Below, in pieces: positions 40,001 to 49,833 of a stretch of 64,000 bases of DNA. The position numbers and the translations under genes are program-made. This stretch comes from Phoronis australis (taxonomy: Eukaryota > Animalia > Phoronida): positions 1,553,855 through 1,617,854 of the forward strand of contig NMRA01000024.1 of the NCBI GenBank assembly GCA_002633005.1, read 5' to 3'. Position 1 is the first letter of the stretch. Every line of letters starts with the position of its first letter. The notes under the pieces are model-generated. The model ran no database searches. It was not told where the DNA came from and worked only from the letters and a program-made list of their open reading frames with translations.

Positions 40001-41478
40001 AAACACCAAACTTGGCTGCCACAGTGCACAAGTGTTTTAGTGCAACTACACCGGGCATGCTCAGTTCACCTGTATTGTTCATTGAAATACTTCAACCACA
40101 AAGTTTTTTGTCAAACCTGGTATATTGTCAAGAGCTGGCTTAGGGCCAAACCCCTGTATTGCATACAACAATAGGGCCGTCCCCATTACACAGCCACACT
40201 CCAACCTTGCTGTATTTACCCACAATGCTGTATTTACCCACAATGCTGTAAACATCAGTCAGGCACATTTGCTGCCTCACTTTTGTTCCACTGGAGTTTC
40301 ACATGTTATTTGTAGTTTAATTCTTTACAAATTTTTCTTGGTTGCATTACTCTATTCGTCCTTCCAATACCAAAGAATTATTACTCTTGTGTTGTGAGCT
40401 GCAACTCTGACGTGAAAAAGTTTGATAAATTGGACAAATGCCTGTGGATACGTGACCTGAAATTCTTCACCTTCCGTACATCAATGAGAGACACAAAAAT
40501 GTGCCCGATTTCCAAAACTAAGACAAGTGCTTTCTTATTTCCGGGACAAAGGAGTGTTCTATCGCCCTGTAATATGGGACTTGGGACGGCCCTATTACAA
40601 TTCAATTTGTAGCAGAAAATTTCTTAAGTAGCACCCCAAGGAGAATTTATAACAGTGATGTATATGCGACATGCCACAGAGGGGTGAGGAGTTTTTTTAC
40701 TGCAAGATTCCCTATGAAAGTGTATCTGCACTCAATTCCCTACAAAAGGGGTCAAGTTTAGGGCTAGAAATGTACTAAAAGGGTCCATTATTACAACAGA
40801 ATTTAATACAGAGGTTCCATATTTTAACAGAAGGGTGTAAAAAGAAATATAGTCCAGAGATCGTTTATTCAATTTTAATTTAACCAAACCTGCACTTTAA
40901 AGGATTTAAAACTACAGAAGGATTACATACATGTCCTACACCTACCCCCCCCCCCAGGAGGAAGCAAATCCAATCCTGCAATTTGCAAGGAAGATTCTTC
41001 CAGGCTCATGTGTAAACTAATACCAAGCTCAATTCATACTAAAGATACTACTGAGTAAAGCAAGCTCTCACTGAATAAATGGAATGTTATTTTGATGAAG
41101 TTGGGGAGTACAGTTTCAACAAAGGGGAGCAAAACAAATTGGATTCACAGCCCTTAGAGAGACTGGAAACAAAAAAAAGGAATTTCCATAAACAATGTCA
41201 CAAATTTGTGGAGTTTTGTTTGAATAACATGTCATGATTCTAATGTTTCTGTACCCTCCCAAGTGATTATAATTCATAGAAAATAAAAAGACAAACTAAT
41301 ATGAGATACCCTAGCATCCATTCGGAAGGAATACGGTCGCAAAAAAATAATCAGCTACACACCTGTCTCATAAACACCCTCTATGGAGAACCCCCATGGG
41401 ATGTGCTTACCTGAGGTTGATCATATCCTCCAACCCTTCCTCCCCCGTCTCATCTTCACTTGTTGCTGGGGCGGACAT
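860..41478 (-). CDS. MYO15A: Unconventional myosin-XV (MYO15A/Sisyphus-like), 27 coding exons, 3'-incomplete (continues beyond position 1)
   Basis: The spliced exons give one open frame of about 1495 aa. Motor motifs: [22 protein letters not shown]-loop [10 protein letters not shown], switch [25 protein letters not shown], switch [29 protein letters not shown]. Three IQ motifs follow, then LEIPPEL, MyTH4 ([25 protein letters not shown]) and a [23 protein letters not shown]-like segment, which I recall as typical of class XV. All intron phases match. The symbol indicates orthologous class only. Confidence 0.93.
1697..2621 (-). CDS. MYO15A: Exon 26, large low-complexity tail insert with internal peptide repeats
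   Basis: TTGTAG acceptor, ATG|GTGAGT donor; 925 nt open and phase-compatible; contains LF.PVL...GGG motifs. Confidence 0.9.
3039..3315 (-). CDS. MYO15A: Exon 25, FERM-like N-lobe (SWSTGEEFA...[19 protein letters not shown])
   Basis: TTCTAG acceptor, GTAAGT donor. Confidence 0.93.
3991..4368. mobile_element. MITE with CAGGGCT-type terminal inverted repeats (hAT-like)
   Basis: CAGGGCTTGGGGTCTAA at the left end matches the reverse complement of TTAAACCCCGAGCCCTG at 15/17. A related shorter copy lies near 30480-30582. Confidence 0.65.
4907..5076 (-). CDS. MYO15A: Exon 24, MyTH4 end ([11 protein letters not shown]...[10 protein letters not shown]...FPD)
   Basis: TTTCAG acceptor, GTAAGT donor. 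Confidence 0.95.
5196..5371. mobile_element. Small MITE
   Basis: Inverted termini ATTGACCTATTGC and GCGATAGGTCAAT. Confidence 0.55.
5639..5799 (-). CDS. MYO15A: Exon 23, MyTH4 ([15 protein letters not shown]...ERGWLL...FAPS)
   Basis: CTTCAG acceptor, GTAAGT donor. Confidence 0.95.
7447..7521 (-). CDS. MYO15A: Exon 22, MyTH4 start ([25 protein letters not shown])
   Basis: TTTCAG acceptor, GTGAGT donor; matches the MyTH4 ILRFM.D motif. Confidence 0.9.
9802..9900 (-). CDS. MYO15A: Exon 21 ([16 protein letters not shown]...SIAIFQL)
   Basis: TTTCAG acceptor with a weak pyrimidine tract, GTGAGT donor. The 5' boundary was chosen by homology. Confidence 0.82.
11670..11800 (-). CDS. MYO15A: Exon 20 (WSLVHDDRH...[19 protein letters not shown])
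   Basis: TTGCAG acceptor, AAG|GTGAGC donor; pre-MyTH4 segment. Confidence 0.9.
11869..12335 (-). mobile_element. Helentron-associated non-autonomous element (HINE/DINE-1-like), copy 1; one end lost at N 11868
   Basis: Near-identical to 20817-21265; (GGAC)n microsatellite; terminal hairpin ATGCGTCCACAT...ATGTGGGCACAT followed by AAAAA. Confidence 0.75.
12844..12925 (-). CDS. MYO15A: Exon 19 ([27 protein letters not shown])
   Basis: TTTCAG acceptor, GTGAGT donor; LEIP.ELA motif recalled from class XV myosins. Confidence 0.9.
15264..15347 (-). CDS. MYO15A: Exon 18, ER/K-rich helix ([28 protein letters not shown])
   Basis: TTTTAG acceptor, AAG|GTAACT donor; phase 0-0; charged helical sequence. 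Confidence 0.85.
16255..16510. repeat. Degenerate ~30-bp minisatellite (GGCAACTGTCACTGGGACAAATACA-like), array 1
   Basis: Recurring CTGGGACA and GGCAA(C/T)T units. Confidence 0.6.
17480..17915. repeat. Same degenerate minisatellite, array 2
   Basis: Recurring GTCACTGGGACAAATAC-like units. Confidence 0.6.
17975..18059 (-). CDS. MYO15A: Exon 17, IQ3 ([28 protein letters not shown])
   Basis: TTCCAG acceptor, GTAACT donor; phase 2 to 0; degenerate IQ motif. Confidence 0.88.
19696..19871 (-). CDS. MYO15A: Exon 16, IQ1-IQ2 (VFMRES...[12 protein letters not shown]...[10 protein letters not shown])
   Basis: TTTCAG acceptor, GTATGG donor; two IQ-like motifs. Confidence 0.93.
20165..21265 (-). mobile_element. 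Helentron-associated non-autonomous element, copy 2, spanning an assembly gap
   Basis: Sub-terminal inverted repeat ATGCGCCCAC (20190-20199) / GTGGGCGCAT (21251-21260); hairpin CAACGC-AGA-GCGTTG (20173-20187); (GGAC)n microsatellite; A-run boundaries. Confidence 0.75.
20373..20816. other. Assembly gap (444 N)
   Basis: Run of N inside the repeat. Confidence 0.99.
21844..21967 (-). CDS. MYO15A: Exon 15, converter (FFCLLNS...HYQLGTTR)
   Basis: TTCCAG acceptor, GTAGGC donor; YQLGTTR|VF matches the myosin YQxGxTKVF motif. Confidence 0.92.
22227..22397 (-). CDS. MYO15A: Exon 14 ([12 protein letters not shown]...[16 protein letters not shown]...FID), ends at a GC donor
   Basis: TTGTAG acceptor; the donor AG|GCAAGT is needed to keep the frame into exon 15. 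Confidence 0.92.
24578..24810 (-). CDS. MYO15A: Exon 13 ([12 protein letters not shown]...[19 protein letters not shown]), includes loop 2
   Basis: TTTTAG acceptor, GTAAGT donor. Confidence 0.95.
25506..25757. mobile_element. hAT-like MITE (TIR CAGGGCTTGGAAT), copy 1
   Basis: CAGTGCTTGGAAT ... ATTCCAAGCCCTG; internal similarity to 29821-30035. Confidence 0.65.
25805..25930 (-). CDS. MYO15A: Exon 12 ([11 protein letters not shown]...[13 protein letters not shown])
   Basis: ACGCAG acceptor, GTAAGT donor. Confidence 0.95.
26470..26697 (-). CDS. MYO15A: Exon 11, relay helix ([13 protein letters not shown]...[10 protein letters not shown])
   Basis: CCTCAG acceptor, GTGATA donor; 76 codons. Confidence 0.96.
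27120..27243 (-). CDS. MYO15A: Exon 10, switch II ([16 protein letters not shown]...ILDIFGFE)
   Basis: TTGCAG acceptor, GTATGC donor. Confidence 0.96.
27467..27582. repeat. Tandem repeat, 28-bp unit x4
   Basis: GTAAACAAGCATGTGGCTGGTACAATGT repeated. Confidence 0.92.
28010..28068 (-). CDS. MYO15A: Exon 9 copy B (same peptide, one synonymous difference)
   Basis: Same splice sites as copy A, CAG instead of CAA for Gln; probably the other allele. Confidence 0.6.
28535..28593 (-). CDS. MYO15A: Exon 9 copy A ([20 protein letters not shown])
   Basis: TTGCAG acceptor, GTACGT donor; 59 nt; lies in the duplicated block. Confidence 0.85.
29113..29226 (-). CDS. MYO15A: Exon 8 ([10 protein letters not shown]...[10 protein letters not shown])
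   Basis: TTTCAG acceptor, GTGAGA donor; 38 codons. Confidence 0.92.
29366..29527 (-). CDS. MYO15A: Exon 7 ([12 protein letters not shown]...[13 protein letters not shown])
   Basis: TTACAG acceptor, GTGAGC donor; 54 codons. Confidence 0.94.
29821..30035. mobile_element. hAT-like MITE, copy 2
   Basis: CAGGGCTTAAAAT ... ATTCCAAGTCCTA; shares the internal ATAGGCTTG...AATATTTTTTGTGTT...AAAATTTAA segment with copy 1. Confidence 0.65.
30155..30332 (-). CDS. MYO15A: Exon 6 ([19 protein letters not shown]...[11 protein letters not shown])
   Basis: TTCTAG acceptor, GTGAGC donor; conserved motor motifs. Confidence 0.95.
30669..30777 (-). CDS. MYO15A: Exon 5, switch I ([34 protein letters not shown])
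   Basis: TTTCAG acceptor, GTACGT donor; translated by hand, not in the ORF track. Confidence 0.95.
30783..31026. repeat. Tandem repeat, ~60-62-bp unit x4
   Basis: ATGGAGAATGAATGG...CTTGAAGTTAGATAAAC...TTTTACTAAGTTCATGGAGACC repeated. Confidence 0.9.
33175..33341 (-). CDS. MYO15A: Exon 4, P-loop (HLFAIG...[16 protein letters not shown])
   Basis: GTACAG acceptor, GTGCGT donor; Walker A motif. Confidence 0.95.
33755..34000. mobile_element. Tc1/mariner-type MITE with TA target-site duplication
   Basis: TA|CAGTAAAATCTCACCAATTT ... AAATTGGTGAGATTTTTCTG|TA. Degenerate sister copy at ~33463-33703; single ends at ~8200, ~13600, ~49300 and ~52440. Confidence 0.75.
36154..36263 (-). CDS. MYO15A: Exon 3 ([20 protein letters not shown]...LGTQP)
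   Basis: TTACAG acceptor, GTAAGT donor; conserved myosin motif. Confidence 0.95.
37459..37522 (-). CDS. MYO15A: Exon 2 ([21 protein letters not shown])
   Basis: TTGCAG acceptor, GTGAGT donor, phase 2 to 0; motor N-terminus homology. Confidence 0.92.
37690..37939. mobile_element. Same MITE family, another copy
   Basis: CAGTAAAATCTCAC ... GTGAGATTTTACTG. Confidence 0.7.
40170..40596. mobile_element. MITE with a perfect 14-bp inverted repeat
   Basis: AATAGGGCCGTCCC (40170-40183) / GGGACGGCCCTATT (40583-40596). Confidence 0.65.
41411..41478 (-). CDS. MYO15A: Myosin XV coding exon 1 ([22 protein letters not shown]); exon acceptor boundary at 41485
   Basis: TTCCAG|GCCCAAG ATG ... CTC AG|[14 protein letters not shown] matches the start of the myosin motor. 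Confidence 0.85.
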
Positions 41479-44400
41479 CTTGGGCCTGGAAATGAGAAAT
41501 GAGAAAAATGAATGTGCATCTGATTAGGAGTAGCCACAATCAAACTTGAGCAGTGCTCAGAGAGCCCATTCAAAGAACTTGCCTTCAACATAAGAAAAAT
41601 TGGCCGAGATAAAAGCTCGCGCAAATCAATTGAGTGAAATTTGACACCACGTGTTCCAAGACAAAAGCCATGCATTGTAACCGCATGCACTACTGGAATT
41701 CACACCGTCATTAATTGGTCTCCCAAAATCGTCTCTAGACATTACCAAAGTGAACTGAAACTTCAGTCATTTCTGTAGTGTTCAAGTACAGATTGATGTT
41801 TCTGTCAAAAAACTGGCAGAAACACCACAGACAAAAACTGAAGACAAAAGGAGGGTTAAATGTAATGCTGTTGAAAACTTGTCCCAGATCAATTTCTTGT
41901 CAAGGGTGCCTTCAGGTACCTACACCAGGGTATTTGCTAACCTGAGGGAAAGTTGCCTTTGCCTTTTGAGAAGCTAATTTTCTGGTCGAACTGATAACAC
42001 CCTCGGCACCACCTATTTCACAAATTGGTAGTTAACCCTCAAAGCCTCAACAAACCATAACTAACATTTATTTAAGCAACTTTGACCTTGATGTGACCTT
42101 TTTAATATCTGAAGTGGGATTTTAGGCCTAATGAGAGAAATTTTGCATGATTTTTAAATATTTTATGCACGGGAATCGGGTCCGAATATTGAGGATTGAG
42201 GGCCCAGTACATCGTATTGTTCAGATTAAGCTGTTGAAGAGATTAATTCAAGTCTTGTGATCATTAGCAGATTAGAACCCTGGCCATTTCATGATCTACA
42301 ACCCTCCCCCCCCATCCCCTGTTTTTAACCTGATGAAAATTGCAGTATCAACATACCAAATGATCACAAATATATTGATCCATTTAACCACATGTCAAAC
42401 AATTAATAAGTATCTCAGATGAGTGTTTTTGTAAATTTAGAGCCTGTATACAGATATCCCTGCACTAGCCGCCTGTTTGAAAGCCTGTTGCCAATGCTGA
42501 GTTACATGTAGGTAAAATAGCTAGTTAATCTGAACTTTTAACAAAAATAATCCTCATTTTTGCCTTTTCACCAACTCAATCCACTGTTGACAGCTTGACA
42601 AATTAAACAATGCAAATAACGAAATGAAGTGTTCTCCCAGTTCGTTTTTCAAAAAAATGCTGATCAAAATAATAAACATCATTCGGTATTCCAGATACTT
42701 CATCATACTCCCACATCTTCTTGAACAGTGCTTTGCTACTCAACGCCTTTTATACAATTTTTTTTTGATGAAACATTTATTAATTCAACCAACCAGTACA
42801 TAGTTGTGCAGCAATATGAAATCTAGTTAAGTGTACATCAAACAAATTACGAACATTATTGGACCCTATAATAGCTATTTAGGCGAAAGAAAAAGACCAC
42901 CTTGCCTGGAATCTCTCAAGATCAAATTTATCATTGTAAATATTTTTTCCAGGTTGTAGTATACAAAATTTTAATTCCAACAGCTAGTTCACAAATCTGC
43001 ATCCATCAGTTGCCTTCAGAAGTGCAGCAGAAAACCCGAAGCACCACCCAGACCTTAGAAATAGTAGCTCAAGTTAGTTCATATGCCTTCAGAGCTCATG
43101 ACAGGATACACAGAAAGACACATTTCATTCTTTAATGCGAGGGCAAAGAAAATGGAACACGACTACAAAAGGCACAATGGAACCCATAAAAGACGCTTAG
43201 AGGATAGGTTCAGATGAGTGTATGATAACACAAAAGCGAACTTAAGAAATCATGGATGAGCTAGGCTAGACAAGAATTCATGGTCACGTCCATGACCCAG
43301 GTTCACATAACTACAGGGGAGATCTTTACATTCCTCAGAATAAAAAAGAGCAAGTATACACTCAAAGAAGCTTTAGCTGGAATAAGGACGTTTTAACACA
43401 AGTCTACTTAAACAGAGGAAGATCACTAAACGACTTCTTTTGAGTTTTCAAGTTTCATCAGATGGTATTCTGGAAACTGATTTTGAGATTTGCAGCATCA
43501 TTTTAAATGGGCACACTCTGAATTATGAGGTGCTGATACAAATACAACATTAAATTTAACCACAAAGATATAATTTCTTTTTTAATAGATACTCATTTGG
43601 TACGTGTAAGTTGAAAGTTATCATCAATTCACAGTTTTCTGCAAAAAATTGATTGACTAAATATAGTGGACAAGAAAAATAAACAGCCACAAAAAGACAC
43701 CTCAATTGGATTTCATTCTTTTTTTGTACCAGTGTTGTCAATTTCTTTTCCACATCACACACAAACAACATTCATGAACAGGACTTCAGTTCAAGATTTG
43801 AGCACCTCAATTCATAGTTCATTTCACACAATGAACTATTTGTTACCCTCGTTTGTGCTCTGCAGATCTGAACAGGATGCGAATTGGTTTCTGCTGAGAA
43901 AAATGTATTAAAAGGAAAACTTTCCGAATTAGCCAGTGTGAAGATGAGCCAGTCAGCAAACAACACTTACACTTAATACTACAGAGACTGACCTTTCTTG
44001 CTGTGCTTTTAGATTTTTGTCCACAAAGATAATGGTAGTAAAAGGCATCATTGAAAAAGAGCTCTTTGCTCGAAGGTTTGCTGATATTTATGCAGACTTA
44101 AGCAATTTTCTAGGTGATATCCAGGCATCAAGTTTCTTAGATTATTCACTACGAACATGTGGCCAAAATTGTGTGTATGGTTTTAACTTAAAAGTTTTCT
44201 TACCTCACGGTTCAGAAGAGCATAATTAAGGATGGTTATAACAACTGTGAGCAATACAAGTGTTTTTTCACAAACAAGTCAGAAACATGTTGGCAGATGG
44301 CATTTCCGGGACCAAATGTCATGTCCAAATATAAGACCTGGGTAGGCCTATTGTATTTGCTCACATGTATCACTAGTCACAAGAGAGCACTCAAACAAAA

Positions 44401-46819
44401 ACTTCCAGAGTCATTCCAGGAAATTAATTTGCCATGCAGTAACAGTTGTCGTAAAAGGTCAGCAATGGAAACCGCTACTGTGGTGTCCATTTTTTGTGAC
44501 ATGCCAAGAATTGTACGATGACACTTGGCCAGAATAGGATTCTTTTCATGAATCTGGGACAGAATTAAGGGTTCGATCATGCTTTCCTCCAGACACACAC
44601 CCTGGAAAATATTTTGGAATATACTCCCTATAAAGCTGCTTTTACACGAGAGGCAGTTGTAACGAAGTGCAGTTGTTACTCGACATCTCCACTTTAATCG
44701 CATTTACATGACATTAAATTGTAAATTGGATCAGCACAAGTCACTTACACGAAGACTGTCTGCGCATGCCCGTAAAAACATTAGTGAATGTCCAAACCAC
44801 GTGGAATGCCAGCTGATCACCCAAATGTCCACTGCTGCGCAAGCGCATTGAAATATGATCCCTTTCAGCCCTGCCCTAGTAGGGTTTATACATGTAGTTA
44901 AAACTGGCCACCGCGGTGTCACCTACTGTCAGTCGTGTTTACACACAATTTGTGCCCAATCAGATGTACCCTGTTAGCTGCTCCGTGTCAGCGGTCTCTC
45001 ATGTAAATGCGGTTGTACTGGTAATTCCCAGGGCATATATTAAGCTGGGCTTGTCTGTGAAAAAAGTCACGTATATTAGACCGCTCTTCGAGCTTAAACG
45101 TACCGAAAGTCAGTAGGTAAATATTTCATTTCTCCATTTTTCATTCTCAGATGCGCTTATGTTTTCAGCAACAAATTTGTCGCGATTAAAACTGAAAAGA
45201 ATCCATCCTTTGTCAGATATTACATAACACGGAATGGTCATGGCAGCAAATTTTGGGATAACCTTTATCACCTATTGGAACAGGCTATTACCATCTCACT
45301 CACATTGTTTGAGCTATTGTCCTGATAATCATAACAAATCCTTTTCATTAAGAAATTCTTACATAAATGCCACCAGTGAGGAACAAGATAGTGATATGAG
45401 CACTCCAGAACCTGCATTATCTTAGGGTGGTGCACTTTACTGATAAGCCTCCAAGTTAAGTCACAATCACTAGACCTTCATGGCACACTTTACATTAATT
45501 TTCTAGGAAACATTTCGGACAACAAGTGAGTCCTTCGAGAACATCTTTTACCCTTTCACCTTTCAGTCAACAACAGATGAGATATTGCTAACTAAACTCA
45601 CTAGGAAATTTTTGTTGTTGTTCTAAGCTTTCCACCACTAAGAAAAAAAAACAAGTCTTTAGATTTTTAAATACCTAAATTGGTTTCAACCAGAATTCAG
45701 CACCAAAGTTCTATGAGTCATCTGCTAGCCTAAAGAAACAACAAAATTAAACAAGATGTCCACATGGAATGGCACCAATTGGTTCAAGCACACACATTGC
45801 GTTTCCATTCTCCATGTTTTCTAGGACATAACCTTCGTTTTGCATGTGTCAGCTTTCTCAAAAATACCGGAAGGCTGTTCAAATTTTGCTAACGACAGTT
45901 GGCGAGCATAACTGATTGGATGCGTATGTGCCGTGACTCGCACAGTTAGAGATTTCACTTATCTCGTAATAATGACAAACAACGAAATGCACTGCAATAA
46001 TGTCCATCAATTAAAATCAGAGTTGTGCCATTTCACTACAATCAGCATCTCTTTTAACATATTATCTGGAGATGCACTTAATAATTTAAAAATTATTTGT
46101 ATACTTATTGCGGCAGCACTGCCTCACAACAACTTTGGTGACTTTACCGAGTGTCACCTACGCGAAAGAGTCTTTAAAGCTTATCTGAAAATTCCGCTTG
46201 CAGTTTACGTCGACTTACCTCTACAAATGGGTTTAACTTGATTGAAAACTGAATGCGACTTGAAATTTCATCCAAACAAGACATCCCGACAAAAACCGTA
46301 ATTATTCTAAGACGCAAAAACAAGACGACCGAGACCAGGCACGCGATCCGTGTGAGAAAAGTAAGAGCTTGCAAGACTTCACGTGATCTCCTCTAACCTT
46401 CCATAGCAAAATTCTTGCACATACGAAACTCAGCATGGTTTCACACGAGACACAGGGCAGGCTTGGTTTAAAGCACAAAGGATGTTGAATGCGTGGTAGT
46501 AGTACTCGTAAATCTATAGTTGTTTGCTTCAAGTCACTATTCATGAGCAGAAAATGGACACAACTCGACAGGAGAGCTGAGGTGATCTAAGATGATTGCA
46601 TTGCAAAAAGCTGCAGTAGTTACAAACACAACACGACCATGCAGGTATCCCCAAAGCAAACATGACCTCACTAGCAATACTAGATTTTGATTGTTTTACA
46701 TATCACATTTGCCATTCCACAGAACAATAGTCCGATATGTAATATGTGGTGAACTTTCTTGTAATTCAAAAAATTTTGAGCCAGAAGTGCCATGTTTCCA
46801 TTGCAACCACAAGTGATAT

Positions 46820-47568
46820 TATTACTCTGCGTGTGCAAGCGCTGAGTACTGTTGTTCCTGGGTTTTCTTCATTTTTTTCTTATTCTAATTCTTCTTCTTA
46901 TTCTTATTCTTCTTCCAACCAACTTTGACACATAATAACTCCAAAATGGTTGCAGGTATGTTCTTCAAATTCAACATATGATTTAAGGCAGTACATAAAT
47001 TTTGATTCATTATATAATCATATTCCATATTGCACCTGAAGAGGTCATTTGGTACAAAGGTCATGTAATTTTCAAAATGCTACTTCTTTATTTTTAAAGC
47101 TATTCTTTTCCAATTCGTTGCACAGGTTATAAGGCAATTAGTCATTCAGTGGAAACTAGACACTCGAAATTTACAAATCTATTTAGTAATTGCAAATGAG
47201 TTTGAATTCAGAAATTTCAGGTCATTTGGTGCAACCATGGAGTCATTAGGTGCATTTTCTTCTGAAAGTTTGACCAATTCATTCATCTTGAGTTCTAAAG
47301 TGCTTAAAGTAAGATTTCTGTGACTCTTACATTTAACCACAATTATCGTCCAGTTTACACCTATTCCCTCATCTGGGCTCATAATGCACCGCAAGGGGTC
47401 AATTATTGCAAAGGTCATCAAATTATCAACATGTAATTTTTCTTAGTTTTAATGAATTGTTTTTCATATTGGTTAACGGGTTGCTATCAATAACTTCCCA
47501 TAACAATTCCAGTAATACGCACGTGCAGAGTCCATTATTGTCACGCCGTGACAATAATCTTTCTAGTT
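46820..47568 (+). mobile_element. Second family of Helentron-associated non-autonomous element
   Basis: 5' subTIR ACTCTGCGTGTGC (46824-46836), TTC/TTA microsatellite, 3' subTIR GCACGTGCAGAGT (47519-47531), perfect hairpin ATTATTGTCAC-GCC-GTGACAATAAT (47534-47558), CTAGTT end. Confidence 0.7.
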
Positions 47569-49683
47569 ATTATCATTATTATAATCCTTGTAATTCTATG
47601 ACTACAAACCCAGGTAACAGCGACGTCAATTTTCTTTCCATTTTGCCGGAGCATTTTTAAAAATATACTCATCCGCCACATTTTGTTCAATCATGGAAGA
47701 AACTTCATCATAACTGAATTTGTTCATGAGAACATGTTATTTCTTTACTCTATTCTAGTGAGATGGAGATTGTCTTATGGAGTGCATTCAGACACATACC
47801 TCCCAGTGGGCTGTCAACAGCTAATTCAAATTCCTGTAACGATTAATCCTCATATACCGCCCACCTTCAAGTGCATTTCCTCATGATGACCTGAAACAGA
47901 GATATTTGAAAAGGATAACAACCAGATATAGTCTGATACCTCATTTACAAACTAGCTAAAATGTTAGCATATTTGCAAGCACTTCCATTTGTAGCAAAAA
48001 CTCGCATTTTGTTGTGGTTTGAGTTATGCAAGAACTACTCATTAGCACTTTTGTAGTCAAATCTCTTCCTTCAAAAGACACACATTCCCAAGGTAGGCGG
48101 CCATTAGTTATAGTTACAATCAACTGAGCATATTTGACATGAGTTTTTACAGTACTTAGGGAGGTTTTGAAACAAAAACTAACTGTTGGAGAATATTACC
48201 CCTCGTGGACAGCTCGTCAGTCCGGCAAAAAAAGTTTAGCCAGTGAAACTGTTAGCATTTTATCCTGCGAGAATGCTATAGTTTTAGCCAGTGAAATTTA
48301 GTCACAAAAAACGTTTTCGCCATTCACAAGAACCTAGTGTAAGAAACATATGTACATAATAAGAAAGGAATGAATGTTTTTGAAGAGGTCCTTTGAATAT
48401 TGTGCTCATAGAAAACCTGAATTCACAGTACCAGTCTAAAGAGTGTTGTAAACAAGCACTGTACTAACCAGGAAATAAAAATTGTAAAATAGTAATTCAA
48501 TACCAGCCAAGCTCCAACTCAAACCTTTATCACACCATTAATAACACTGGTTCCAGGTAAGTCCTCTTATCAGCACAAAATAAACAGAAAGCAACTACAG
48601 CGATAACGCGTCTCTGCCAAAGAAGCTAACATTAGAAATTCTGAATAAAAAACATTCAACTTCCCTCAACAGCAGACATGATAACATGTCTTGTCTGCAA
48701 AATAAGCCAACATCAGATTTTTTTGAAGAAAAATTTTGCAACTTCCCTCAAAATGTTTTTCACAACAACCCTAAAAACACATCGCGAGTCATGTTTAATA
48801 TTATATAACGAGCATTGATCAGTTTTTCCAAATTTACTGCTTGAGAAGAATTGATAGAACCTAGTGTTGTGTTCAAAAGCGTTTCCATTACAATAAATGT
48901 AATACACTGCAACAGCGCAAATCATACAGCCCTGGTCATAGGTGCGTTTAGTTTTTCTTGGGGTAAAAAAGATAGTGACCGGAGGAAAGTAGCTGAAACT
49001 ACCGGTGCGCCCAGACCTCATAAAGCTTTAACTGCCAGGAAAACCACAATCCACCACTAAGGTACCAACCAGGAAGATGTTATCAATAAGTACGAAGAAA
49101 TCTCACACATTTTGAACAATTTTTTCAGTTTTCAAAGATTTCTGACGTTGTCGTGATTACCCAAAATTTCCCAGAATAATTATCAGAAGAAAGGTATGGT
49201 GTAGGCCTTTAGAAATGAATCACTAATATTTAGTGTTATTGATTGTTTAAAAACAAATGAGAAAAAAATTTCAGTCAGCCATTTTGTGTCCTAAATTGGT
49301 AAGATTTTACCGTACATTCCTTCATTTCTCCAGATGAGCTCACAATATGACTTACAGGGAAAACCTCTTTTGACAATTTCTCAAAAAAATAAAGAAATAC
49401 TAAAATTGTACAGTGCCAACTCTCTGAATATGTAAAACTTTTACTCTGAAATGCACAATGACATTGTTGGATATAGCAAATTTTACGTGGTTCAGATCAC
49501 CAACAAATGCATTTCAAATTGTTGTTATATTGTAGTTTGTTACTTTGAAGACATAGTTCGGTACTAGAATTTTTTTGTTTCTTACATAATTTCAAAACCA
49601 TGTTGTATTCTGAACAGGCCAATGAACTCCCAGAGTTGCAGTAAAAGAAGAGACAACCACACTGCTAATACTTTACTTATGGA

Positions 49684-49833
49684 CATAGGCATCCAAATGC
49701 AGAACATGGCATCTAACTATAGGCATCCAAATGCAGAACATGGCATCTAACTAGTGTTTACAGATGGAGAACATGGCATCTACCTAGTGTTTACAAATGG
49801 AGAACATGGCATCCAAGTAGTGTTTACAAATGG
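49684..49833. repeat. Tandem repeat, ~32-34-bp units x4-5
   Basis: CAAATG(C/G)AGAACATGGCATCTAACTA core repeated. Confidence 0.85.
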
